Assembly: GCA_030167865.1 (NCBI GenBank)
Contig: JALAGF010006515.1
Span: forward strand, 1 to 58,514
Direction: 5' to 3'
Length of the DNA stretch: 58,514 bases
From: Craspedostauros australis
Taxonomy: Eukaryota
The stretch's first letter is position 1. The number at the start of each line of letters is the position of its first letter. Below, in pieces: positions 11,326-23,497 of the stretch. A model generated the notes under the pieces. That model was not told where the DNA came from. It did not search any database and saw only the letters and a program-made list of their open reading frames with translations. Made by a program: the position numbers and the translations under genes.

Positions 11326-12638
11326 GGAGAGAGGAGACAAGCCTCCCGTGATCGGTAGATTGGAACAGTTACTCCACAAAAGGCCAATTGATCCACCGCA
11401 GGAGTATTTGTTGAATTCCTCCGTTGTCCTATCCGCTGCCATTCAACAGAATGGCCGAGGATGTCGCAATTGTGTGGACGCTCTGCCGTGGGAGCGGTTG
11501 CGCTGTGTTCGAAGAACGAAAAGAACCAACGCGAGAGATCCCAGCCAACCCAACGAAAGGCAAACGATGAAAGAGCAGCAGCCAGCCACGACGCAAGGTT
11601 CAGAAAACGCATCAACTGTTGCCTCAAATGTGTTTCGAAACAGGAATCCTCACTCTCTGCAGAATGTGGATCCAACTGAACGCGCGGAGAGGCAATTAGC
11701 AGACTGCCCCCCTCGTGACTGCGGAAGTATGATCCTTGGCTATAGGCACCATCCTAGCATGGTGGCGAGGGGTGAGAAAGATCCGGGAGGGCGATGGCGG
11801 CAAGCGCACTTGCGCAAGTACGGTACTGACAAAGAGAAAAAGGATTGGATGGAGGTTGCAAACAGACGCCACACGGATGCGACAAGTTGGAGAAGTGGAC
11901 GGAGTAGATTGCAGGACACTTACCAGATGTATTAACACAAGAAAACGGGGCGCGGTAAAGGTGGGAGACTTTGGTATGAATCTTATGATGACAGTCTGTA
12001 CCATACAGCAGCGTTGAAAGGTCGTAGCACGAGCTAGAGTAGCATATGTTCGATTACCTAAAGCCAGTAGCACCAGTTTATTTACTCCACATTTCACCGT
12101 CACTATCATGCCAAAGGGTTTCCATAATGCTCCAACTACTCCGCTCCTGTTCCGTGAGCATCCATTGCATCCGTACGTTTCTTTCCATTTGTTGGCATTG
12201 GCGCATCCTGCAGAATCCATGGGTGATGGCCCTTGTTTGGGAGATGAAAAGAATGACGAACTTCGGCACGAGCAGCAGGATACTTGTGTTTCTTATCGGT
12301 ATTAATGCTACCTGCGGTATTGGTGGGGGTGCAGTTCGAGTCTGTATGCGTGCTTGTATGTATGGCAACATGCCCACATTTGTCTGGAGGCGAGGAGTTC
12401 CTTTGGCAAAGAGAGAGAGAGCTGCCGAAGAAGAGATCCTCCGAGGAAGCGCACAACGAACATGGGGCCTCTCGATGTTATTCCACCCGAGAGGTGTGCG
12501 GTATTCTGAACCCCGCTCTGCTCTCTTTCTCTGTCTCTCTGACCACAGACACGTCAGACGAGCTTGGACTCCATCACCCAATCGAGAAAGGTGACAACAG
12601 AGTCGTCACAGACTCAACAGAACCTTTTACGACCCGGT

Positions 12639-12784
12639 TGTGTGACGGGACCTGCAGTCGGTCCTGGAGGGGTGGCAACTTACGGGGCTTTCAGCCAAGC
12701 CACCCACATATTCATAAACTATAACAAAATATAAGAATCATAGTGGACGCCGATTTTGCTTTAATGCCTTCTTTTAACTTTTAT
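12639..12784 (+). repeat. Left terminal inverted repeat
   Basis: TGTGTGACGGGACCTGCAGTCGGTCCTGGAGGGGTGGCAACTTACGGGG... is the reverse complement of 17076-17221. Confidence 0.95.
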
Positions 12785-13223
12785 CCATATTTGTAGATTT
12801 ACGGTCCTCTTGGTCGAATATGAGCACTGCTCCGTGATGATCGCAAGGCATTGATTAGCTTTTCCGATGCAAACAACGCAATGTGCGCAGACACGTTCGG
12901 GAAAGAACTTTTTTTGACGGGTTGCGTACGGAATTTGACATTTCAGCGACGCCATTGTTCAACTAGTCCGAGCACGTTTTTGAAATAACAAACCGTTAGT
13001 TGACGTTATCATTCAAATTCAAATTTGACTCTCGTCACGTGTCACCAATCTCCTCACATTTTGCCACCAAATCGAGTTTTGCTTTTCTGCGGTGGTGTGC
13101 TGTGCTTGTGGCATGTTCATGTTCATGTAGTTCTTGTATTGTCACCTTCTTGCACTCCTCCTGCTCAGTTCATTTCCATCATTACTAGTTTTCTCTATCC
13201 GCCCATCAGTACCAATCAGCATC

Positions 13224-16200
13224 ATGCCCGTCTCTACCACGAACGCTGCGTCGAAGGACGCCAATCCTTCTCCCTCCAAGAAGCAGCGTTTTCCCTCCTC
13301 TCCATCCGTGCGTCCCTTCCCATCCGATCTGATTGATTGCAAGGAACTCTTCGCACCATCTACTGCTGAGAAGCTCTTGCCTCCATTGGATATGGATGGT
13401 AAGCAGCACAATCCAACTTCTGCAACAGACAAGCTCCTCCCTCCTGTGCTCGAAGGTGCGACCTTCGACAACGAGTGTGACATTGAGATCCTAGGCAACG
13501 ACGAGCAAAATCGCACACTCAATGCAACCAACGAGAAGCTCTTCGTCTGTGTGCACATCACCACCGATTATGGCATGATTCTTGACACCTCCAAGGTCAC
13601 AGTCCAGGCCTTTGGACAGGGCTCCAATGCTGGGACAAAAGTGCATGTCAAAGTCTGCGTCCCGACTCCTCCAGCTTTCCCCGCACCCCTTCCCNNNNNN
13701 NNNNNNNNNNNNNNNNNNNNNNNNNNNNNNNNNNNNNNNNNNNNNNNNNNNGACAACGAAGCCTTCCGCCCCAAGGGACGCAACAAAATCAAGAGCAGGA
13801 AATCAAATGCGGGAAGATTCCAAAACAAGCACAACACGAACAAGAGAGATGCGTTTGAAACCATCCACAAGGTTTGCAAGAGCTTGGAGTGAAACAACTT
13901 GCGACTATGCTGGCCGACTTTCCTCGTTGCGGATTTGTATTGGGCCGCAAATCCAACAAGCAAGTGTGGAGCAAAGCGAAGAAGATCTTCGCGGTGGCCT
14001 CCAATGCGCTGTGGAAAGCGCTGATTCTGNNNNNNNNNNNNNNNNNNNNNNNNNNNNNNNNNNNNNNNNNNNNNNNNNNNNNNNNNNNNNNNNNNNNNNN
14101 NNNNNNNNNNNNNNTCGTCGGCAAGAAAAACATTGCACGCAAAGCAAGGTGCATTCTTGCCATGTCTGTCTCGCCACGCCAATGTACTAACCTCCTCTCA
14201 CGACAAAAGAGCAAACTTCCTGACGATCAGCGTCTTCGCCTCTTGCCAGAGCAATACACCATCACACGGGGCCAGCTCCTCACTCTGCGCAACTACTACG
14301 AGCTCTTGCGCGAGGGCAATGTGCTTGGTGCTGCTGTTCATGACTATCGTGTCAGCACATACAGCTTGGCTGGCATGGTGTCCTTCATCAGCAACACAAC
14401 CACATACAAGGTGGGCCTTTGTCACAATATCAAATTGGGAGGGGTGATATTTGAAAACGTGCCAGTATTCGAATGTGGCAGAACGAGCGTAGACGAGCTG
14501 TTCCACATGTACAAGATTACAACGAACAATCCAGTCAGCAAGCCAGCATTCTGAGCAATGACAGGCCTGCTCACACACAGAGACAAAGTGGTTACTGGTC
14601 TCTCCTCTTTTGAAAACTACTTCTGGATGGCAATGAAGAAGTTGAAGGAGATGCTCATGCGCTTGAATACCCTACTCGAGGATTCATTCAACAGTGATGA
14701 CGGACATGATGACCTAACCGTGGAGTATATTCAAACCTGTGAGACATTGGTGCGCGATCTGGACCTAATGATCACATGCCTCAAGTGGGAGTATACTGTG
14801 TTGCACATGCAGATCAAGTGCAAAGAAGACTGCATGCACTGCGCTCATTTCGCGCTTCGCTGCGATCCAAAAACGCGACAGGCTAAATCTACACTCAACA
14901 CCACCACCACAACAGCACCTGCCAGCACCGATATGACATGCGTGGTCATTCATCCTCCCACAACAACAACAGAGTGTGATGCCAATGCCATTTCTCCCAT
15001 CACTCATGATCAACAAGGCAAAGTATGTGACAGATGTGGAGACGCGATGCGATTCATGGATGTTCACGTCGCACCATTCATCGAGACGCTCAAGGCCAAT
15101 CATCTTGGCGACCATGAGGATGAATTAGGCAGTATGTTGGAGGCGGTACCAGGCTTCAACAACAAGATCACTGTGTACATGGCACACTGAGTGAGAGCAA
15201 AGGTCCAATTCAATCAGATGAACAAGTACAAGGCCAAGCTCAACAACAATGACAAGTGCGCCTATGTCGTCATCAACCATAAGCAGAAGATTCTGCTGAC
15301 AGCACAAGGAGAATCGCAGACAGAGTACTGGGGCAAGAAGGGCATGTCGCTCCTTGGCGTTATGATTGTCACTTGCAAAGATGACGAATTCACGTATCGC
15401 TTTGTTGATATAATTGTTCATGACCTGCCCACCCAAGACACACTTAAAGTCGGTGGGCTTCTCAAAGCCATCCAGAAGAAGGTACGCGATCTCCTACCAT
15501 CGGTGACAGAAATCATCCTGCAGTCAGACAACGCTGGCTGCTTTGCCAGCCACGAGCACATCGCGCTCGTCTCATCACGGATCAACAAGAATGCGTCATG
15601 CAACGGACTTCCCCAATTTGTCATTTGGATCTACACAGAAGCCCAAACGGGCAAAGGGCGAATCGACACTCACTTCGCCTACATCACTATCGTACTACGA
15701 TCCTATGTGCAAAGTGGTGGCAAAATTCAAACCGAACATGAGATCTTCGACGCATTGCAAATGGGAAATATCAGAGGCACTACCACTGTCTTGGTTGACA
15801 CATCGGGTTTGAAAGGTTGCTGTGTGACGCACAAGACAAATGCACGCATCAGCTTCCACACGAAGGGCATGAATGTACGATCAACGCACGATGTGCAACA
15901 CAGAAACAGCTACACAGACGTACTTGCGGCTTCAAATGTCACTGCTCCAGTACGTGTAGAGGAAGCGGAATGGGAAGACTATGACATCATGAATTTCGAG
16001 GTTCCCATCATCAACGAACACCAATCGACGCAACAACCACTCACAGCAATATCACCGCGGAAGCAGAAAAAGACCCTCAGGTTCGCGAAGAGTGCCACCG
16101 AAAGCAAGGCACTGACGTACCTCGAAGGGATCAACATGGCAGCCTTGGAGACACCTGACGTAAGTAGTGTGCAGCAGGACACCACAGCAGCAACAGAACA

Positions 16201-16807
16201 TCTGCGATTGGCTGAACCTGGCTGGGCTGCGAAAGCCGTACAACGTAACAAGCCCATTCACCCATACCTGGTGGAAGTGTTGGAGGAGGTGTGCAGAGTG
16301 GCACGTGCGGACCTGAAGAACAGACCAACTGAGTACGAGGCATTCAGGCGGTGCATGGAGACAACCAAAATGAAGACTGACTGGTACGCGCGGGTACACG
16401 TGAACCCAATGCGAGTGAAGCAATACATGTCCGCGTCGTACCAGCGCACGAAACCGAAGGCCGCGAACACGAGAACCCCGGAAACCACGATAAACAAAAA
16501 CGTGACAAACACAACGAACACAACTAACACCCCACCACCGACGAACGCGAACAGCACCCACACAGAGATCGTGCCTGCACAACACACAACAGCAGAAGAG
16601 GAGGAAATCGCGCTGCAACAAGAAGAAAACGAAGCATCGGAGCAAATTGCGTGCGAGACACAAACAATGAAGGAGAATACGNNNNNNNNNNNNNNNNNNN
16701 NNNNNNNNNNNNNNNNNNNNNNNNNNNNNNNNNNNNNNNNNNNNNNNNNNNNNNNNNNNNNNNNNNNNNNNNNNNNNNNNNNNNNNNNNNNAGATGAAAA
16801 GGGGTAA
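13224..16807 (+). pseudogene. Sola3-like DDD transposase pseudogene
   Basis: Zn motif CMHCAHFAL..H..CDRC; core VVI(N)HKQK..ESQTEYWGKKGMS..QD..ILQSDNAGCF..YTEAQTGKGRIDTHF; in-frame TGA at 14552 and 15188; probable frameshift near 13880. Confidence 0.8.
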
Positions 16808-17075
16808 AGATGCAGATTATGAGTCTTATCGATGTCGTACGAGTCTGTGCAACTGCTTCACTGCTGGATCGTCCTGGATTAGTGCGCGCGTTCACAAAGT
16901 AACGTCAATTCAACGGTTTCACACGTATCACGGATTGGAGGGACTAAGAAAATAAATTAGCACTGCAATTGACATCGATAATTCTTCTTTTGGCGATACG
17001 AATCAAGGCACCAAGACACCGGATCTGGCCGTAGTGCGCTAGTCGTGTCTAGATGAGCGCGAAATCGATGGGTCC

Positions 17076-17221
17076 ATAAAACTTAAAATAAGAAATTAAG
17101 GAAAAATCGGCGTCCACTGAGATTCTTATATTTTTATCTAGCTTATGAATATGTGGGTGGTTTGGTTGAAATCCCCGTAAGTTGCCACCCCTCCAGGACC
17201 GACTGCAGGTCCCGTCACACA
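17076..17221 (-). repeat. Right terminal inverted repeat
   Basis: Reverse complement of 12639-12784, with scattered mismatches in the inner ~100 bp. Confidence 0.95.
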
Positions 17222-17803
17222 TCCATCTCGTAAACGAGATGGATCATGTGAAAGCCTGCTGGGCTTCGAAGAACGCGCACAGAACAACGAAATTCAGATT
17301 CTCCATCAAAGGCGAAGAAGGAACAAGTATTGTAATGTACTGTTAGGCCGCATCCGTTGTGGAGTACTTTGACGTCAATTATGCCTGAAGCCCTCTGCTC
17401 GCGCATTACGATCCCCTCATCTTCTTTGCACAACAACTGGGTTCTCCCTGGTTCGTTTGTTTGCGACAACGTGTTTCTGTGGATTGGTTGTCTCCCCACG
17501 AAAACTGCGACGCGTTTCACTTGGTAGAGAATTTGATGGGCTTCTGCGGATACGACAACTCGCACCATTTTGGCGTAACAAATTCGGCTCTTTTCCTCAT
17601 ACATTACGTTTGGGGCCCGACACAGAGTCAGCACGAGTGTCTTGCCTTTCGACACTTTTGTTCGGCAGAAGCTACCGTTCACACAAAATCGAAACAGCCA
17701 CAAAGCCAACCACAACCTTACCGCAACATTCCTCGAAAACTCGATCTCCAATCTCAACTCGTACTTGCAACGCACTGCAACACATCCAAATACAATATCC
17801 ACC

Positions 17804-18103
17804 ATGACGCAACAACAATGCAACAGCAACAGCAACAGCAACAATCCTCGTGGCATCGCAGCAAGCTATCACGATCTGAGTGGACTGCGGGCACGACCCA
17901 CATCACTCATATCAGTCGCCGTGCATCAATTTGCTTCAGATGAGGACGCCACAAGGATGGCATCCTCATTCCACAGCCTATGCGCACCACAGCTTCCGTA
18001 CGAGACGCAGCGAGGCCAGCGCTGTGGGCCTGCCATGACAAAGGCGGACCTCATCTCGATCCTCGATCAAGCCATTGACCTCATGGATGATGATGACTTC
18101 TAA
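17804..18103 (+). CDS. Small disordered protein with C-terminal acidic amphipathic motif (copy 2)
   Basis: caccATG after a CA-rich leader; ends KADLISILDQAIDLMDDDDF*. Confidence 0.65.
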   Translation: MTQQQCNSNSNSNNPRGIAASYHDLSGLRARPTSLISVAVHQFASDEDATRMASSFHSLCAPQLPYETQRGQRCGPAMTKADLISILDQAIDLMDDDDF

Positions 18104-18616
18104 ACTCCCATCGGTAGCGGAAGCGACAGCAGCAGCAGCAGCCGCACTGGTGGCGGCATGGAGGGCACCTTCTCGTGTCTGCCCCATGTCGGTCAGCCAG
18201 CAGCAGGATTCACCCGCGCAGGTCCGAGATACTGCATCTCCGACCCGTCCATGCTCTCTCCTTTGTCCGCATACCCCCATGTCCAAACGTTGCGCAAGGA
18301 ACAGCAAGATGCCTTCTGCATCCGATTTTGCAACTACAACTGCATCTGCAACTCTCACGTCCTGTCTTGGCGACATGTCAACGAGCAACACCCATAGAAA
18401 GCAAATAACCACAAATAGAACAAATGCATATGGATAGCAATACAGTAGAGTGGAGTAAAGTCGAGTACTCCAGAATAAAGTGTAATTTTCCCTGCCTTGA
18501 TTGCAGAGTGGTCAACCCACACTGTCTTGCGCGAGCATGAGTCTCGGTTCCAGTGAACTCTTGAGTGTATGGTACCGATGCGAGCAACAACAACAAGAAT
18601 CTATTTTTCGAACCGC

Positions 18617-18688
18617 ATCCCCTGTCCGGCAAGCGGATGCCCGGTGCGGTGATCCCCTGTCCGGCAAGCGGGTGCCCGGTGCGGTGAT
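18617..18688. repeat. 35-bp tandem duplication
   Basis: ATCCCCTGTCCGGCAAGCGGRTGCCCGGTGCGGTG x2 (18617-18651, 18652-18686), one mismatch. Confidence 0.9.
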
Positions 18689-19367
18689 GTGTCGTGTTGG
18701 TGGTTCGGGACTGTCACGGCACCACCTTCATTTGCAGCAAATTTCTCCCGGTATTATCAGGGGAATCTACCCTTGCAGTATTATTTGGCTCGTGGGGACT
18801 GGAGTATTTCAAGCGTTCTCAGTGAGTATTATTCTAATACGTATTCTACGTAAGAGAGTTGCGTGTGCGGTATGGTACTATGAGCGACATGGTACGGGAT
18901 TACACCTCAGCATCACCGTCGTGCATCGCACGGTGTAGGTATCGTAGGTATCATTGCAAGGGTGGCACGGGAGAGATGTCCTCACCGTACCGAAACCATT
19001 GCTGGATGGATCCTTGGCCCACACGCGGATCGTCAAACTGTCGTGAACGCATCACCTACTCTACGTGCAGCCTTGAAAGCCAAACACTGTTCGTGAGTGC
19101 AGGTACCGGACCATACACGTCAGGTAAGAGTTGTTGGTGGGTGAAGTTAATGGAAGTGGAATAGAAGAAAAGTGTACCAACAATAGAGTATTGGTTTCTT
19201 TCGTCTGCCTCTTTTCTGTCTACGAGTGCGTTGGCAGAGGAGCATTTGCGCGCTTCAATATTAATACCGACGGTGCTTCACAATCCGTGCTCATGTTGCG
19301 ATTGCACCATTCCCTTGCGGCAACAGTTGTACCTATATAGCATCCTCCCACCACCATTGAATCAAGC

Positions 19368-20918
19368 TCAATCCAAATCCATGACGTCTTCATCTTCCTC
19401 CACCTCCGCGTCGGCATCCATCTCTTCGACAGTTCCCATGTCATCCATATCGTCCATGTAATCGCCCGATGCCCCGTCGGCATCCTCGGGCGCCATGTTC
19501 CACTTGGATGCCTCTTCCTCCATGCGCTGTCGTCGCTGGCGCTCCATCTCGGCCATCTCCTCGGGCGTCTTTTCGCGGAAGTTGGGATTGTTGGCGCGGT
19601 GCTCGGCACGTCGACGTTCGCGTTCGGCCTTGCGACCTTCACGGCTGCCGTCATTGTCGTGGAAGGCGCCACCAGGCGTTGACGTCTTTTCTTCGGCGCG
19701 GCGTTGTTGATTCTGCTTGCGCTCGCGCTTGGCACGTTCCTGTTCGACGAGCTTCTTCGTTCGCGTTTTGATGCTGGGCAATATGGAAATCTTCTTCATC
19801 TCCTGCTTGTTGCTGACAATGCTGGCGACAAGGTTGCTCATGGGGCCGTAGCCGACGCTGGTGCCCGGCAGGGTGGCGATGCTGGTTTTGAGACGGCCCG
19901 AGCTCTCCTTGCTGGTGGAACCCGAGACCTTTTGGAACATGACGAAGCGCGGCACGCCTGACTCGTACTCTGGCAGATGCTCCTCAAGGTTGAGGACGTA
20001 CAACACGGATGTATCCACGGCCGCGAAGGTGATCTTTGGATGTTCCACCACGAGCTTCGCCATGGCGTCCTTGACGTACTTGGGTGATATTTTGGATCCC
20101 TTGAGCAGCAGACCGCACATATCCTTCTCCAGGCATTTGCCTCTCAGATCCTGCGTGGTTTCGATCTTCTCCGCCTTTGGTTCCAACAGATTCTTCAATG
20201 CCTTGACCAGCATGCTGCCTGTCTTGAGGTGCTTGGCTGGGACCTGTTGAGTTTGGTTCATTGATTAGTTGTTTGTTTGTTAGGTGGAATGCGTGAGATG
20301 GTTGCACATCGTGATGGGTTGAGTGTGAGTCAGTGACGAGGCACGAGTATGATCATGGCACCCATGATGGATGGTGTGGTACATTGCATGTTTGTATCAC
20401 AGAGCAACAACAACAACAACAACAATAGCAATAACAACAATAACATAACTTACCTGCTTGGGCGGCCCGACCTTACCCGAAACAAAGACGGTGGGCCGCT
20501 GCTTCAGTTTCAATTTGAACCGCTCCGCCACGGTCTTTCCCGATTCCAGGACGTGGTTGCAATCCAGCAGGCGGAACTGCGCCGGCGCCGAGGCGTCGTT
20601 GGCAGCATCTTGAAAGACGCTGCTGACGGGGATGTTCTTGGAGGGATTGTCGTCGTGACACAGGACGGCGTAATTGTGGGCACCCTCGCCTTCTCCGAAG
20701 AAGACGTCGCGCAGCTGCAGCTCGTCCTCGACGTTGACGCGGGCGATCTCGCTGTTGATGCCGCGCACGAATTGGTAGGCCAGCAAAGCGAGGCCGATGC
20801 CGATGGCCGGCTTCAGCAGCTTGTCGATGGCTGGTGGGCGTTCCTTGCCCTTGGATGGTGGTGCGGAAGGCTTCGCGGAGCCCTTCTTTGAGCCGCTCTT
20901 TGATTTTGATCCGGCCAT
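19368..20918 (-). CDS. Membrane-anchored protein, probable thioredoxin-like folds without CxxC, charged C-terminal tail (2 exons: 20918-20454, 20243-19368)
   Basis: Basic N-terminus then one TM segment (IGIGLALLAYQFV); FRLLDC..RPTVFV and FAAVD..PRFVMF resemble PDI b-type domains; GTAAG/CAG phase-0 intron (PKQ|VPAK). Confidence 0.75.
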
Positions 20919-21720
20919 GATTCGATTCGACAGATCCGGTTCAGTTCAAGTCAGTTCAAGTCAGTTCAATTCAATTCAGTTCAGTTGGGTGTTCTACTCT
21001 CTTTCTCTCTTTACTGATGCACGCAATTGGATTGGTGAGGCAGTTGTACTCGTACTCGTGCGAGGACAGTATTGGTCTCTCTTTTTCTGTATGATGCTGA
21101 GAAGAGATGGAAGTGAGGCGCAGGATGTGTGGGTGCGTTGCGTTGTGTTGGGTTACGTTGGTGGTGGTCATGGTTTGATGTGATTCTCGTCATTGTCAGC
21201 GTTCAAGTCACCCAGTCACGCATACTCATTCGTTTTTCCACGTGGATGGACACATCGTTGGCGTACCGACTCTTAGCGTGAATTTTAATAACAGACGAAT
21301 TCATGATTCAGTCGACCAACTACGTACGACATGCAGATAATGAATAAGGCAAATTGTATCAGTCCCGTCCAGATATGATTATGCGCCTCGTGACAGAATC
21401 TTCTGGCCACCCACAAACACGATAAAAATTTCGAAATCGTGGCGTCGCGATGGCAAATCAACAAAATCGAGACATCAACAGCCAACAAGCCAACGAGGCA
21501 GGACACACGTACGACTACGGATACAAGCTACCTACGTATCACACTCTCGCAGCCCACAAATACGCACATCGATCCGCATCCTCACTTTCTCGGCTCATTG
21601 TACTTTGTCGCTCTCGTCTGTTGTCGTTGGAACAAAGAGACCGAACAACGCGGAACAGCTGCATCGCCCTCCAAGTCAGGACAGAAAGAAGTCACCATTC
21701 AAATACCCAGAGCAGCCACG

Positions 21721-23001
21721 ATGAAGTTGATGAAAGGACTCTGCGTCGCGTTTGCCACGTCGGCATCGCTTCCTGGAATTGCCAATGGCGAAGCTGCCAT
21801 GGCGGCCAAGTCCGCGACTTCCGCAGCGCTGGATGCCATCAAGTCCATCGATTACAGGTACTTCGTGGCCGGAGGCACCTGCGCTGCCTTCTCCCATGGC
21901 ATCACCACGCCCATCGATGTCGTCAAGACCAAGATCCAGGCCAATCCTCAGGTGCGTTTGGACGTTCATTCGTTCGTTCATTCATTCGTTCGTTCGTTTG
22001 TTGTGCACTTGTGTTTGTGAAATGCTCGAATTGGCACTCCTTTCCTGTGTCGTCTCGTTCGGCATTGTATTGTATTTGATCACTCCTGCTTTCGCATTCT
22101 AATCATTCTTCACATGCCGTGTACACGCACCAACGCTCAACTTTCGAATCTCTTCCGATGCATCTGTATGCACATGGATGCACGCCGAATACTATTACGA
22201 CCTATTATATTATACATGATATATACCACGTTGCTCGTGCAGCAATACAACAAAGGACTGGCATCTGCTACCGTCGACATCATCAAGACTGACGGACCAG
22301 GCACCTTGCTGGCTGGACTGGGACCCACCGTTGTGGGATACGGCATCGAAGGTGCCATGAAGTTCGGAGTTTATGAAATCTGCAAACCAATCTTCTCCGC
22401 CCTCCTGCAGGGCGAGAACACGGCCGTTGCTTTCATCATGGCGAGCGCCGTTGCTGGAGCCGTCGCCGCGATCCTCCTGTGTCCCATGGAGTCGCTGCGC
22501 ATTCGCCAGGTCACCGATGTTTCCTACGCCGACAAGGGACTCCTCACAGGACTCCCCAAGCTCGTCGCGGAGGACGGCATCCTGGCCCTGTTCGGCGGAG
22601 TCTGGGCCATGCTGTCAAAACAGATCCCCTACACCTTCGGCAAGCAGGTCTCCTTCGACATCTTCGCCGGAATCCTGTACGCAATGCTTCGATCCTTGAA
22701 CGAGGCTGGCGAGGTCAATAAGTGGATCGTCTCCTTCGGCGCCGCCTTCATCGCATCGCTCTTCGCCTGCATGTTCAGCCAGCCGGGAGACATGATCCTC
22801 ACGGAGACGTACAAAACGAAGGGATCCACGCAACCCTTCTCGACCGTCATATCCAACATCTACCGGCGGGGCGGCCTCAGCGAGTTCTTCCGCGGCACCG
22901 GCGCACGTATCGTCCATGTCGGCATGATCATCACGAGCCAGCTCATGGTCTACGATCTCGTCAAGCAGATGCTCGGATTGCCAGCCACGGGATCGCATTA
23001 G
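21721..23001 (+). CDS. Mitochondrial-carrier-family phosphate carrier (MIR1/PiC-like) (2 exons: 21721-21951, 22243-23001)
   Basis: AGGTCAAFSHGITTPIDVVKTKIQ, GLGPTVVGYGIEGAMKFGVYE, LCPMESLRIR, KQIPYT, SQPGD motifs; GT..CAG phase-0 intron. Confidence 0.92.
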
Positions 23002-23497
23002 GCGAGTAACGGACGGTGTATGGGACGTATAATAGACTTCAGCACGCGAGCAGTCCACACACATGCTACGGGTACACCTCTGACAGTGTGCCGCTCCACC
23101 ACGCCATACCATGCCACACCATGACCTGAACCAAATGAAACCCAATCCAATTCATTCCATCGGCCGAAACGACTGAGCATCTGCCCATCATGCCACAATG
23201 CACGGAACTGACACATCATTCCCCGCAACGCAACGCATGAACGTAAGATGAGGGCCATGGAACACTAACCGTGTTCCTTTCTAAATTTGTTGGCTTCGTC
23301 ATCGTGCACTTGACAACGTCAGGGCTTACATAAAATATCCACTGCTATGTAAACGTATGATGGAAGTCACTTCCTGTACCTGTGGTCATGGTATGTATGG
23401 TATGCATAGCATCTTTCTAATCTCTACTCACAGAGAGCTGCGCAATGTCAGTACGGGCAGTGCTCCCGCGAGCACCATACGTCCCTGCACGTTGGCA

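Larger units (their letters stand above)
12639..17221 (+). mobile_element. Decayed DNA transposon with long TIRs, Sola3-like
   Basis: TIRs at 12639-12784 and 17076-17221 (outer 49 bp identical, collinear over ~146 bp); internal transposase pseudogene; three N-gaps suggest a multicopy repeat. Confidence 0.88.

Noticed and set aside
11348..12600. Several overlapping 100-195 aa ORFs left of the transposon
   Set aside because: No recognisable motifs or codon bias; possibly decayed sequence, but unsupported
14552..15190. In-frame TGAs as selenocysteine, readthrough or an alternative genetic code
   Set aside because: Host genes use TGA as stop; the lesions fit CGA>TGA decay and co-occur with a frameshift and loss of the catalytic Asp
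18617..18688. Possible CRISPR repeat (35 bp, partly palindromic)
   Set aside because: Only two adjacent copies, no spacer, no cas genes, eukaryotic context
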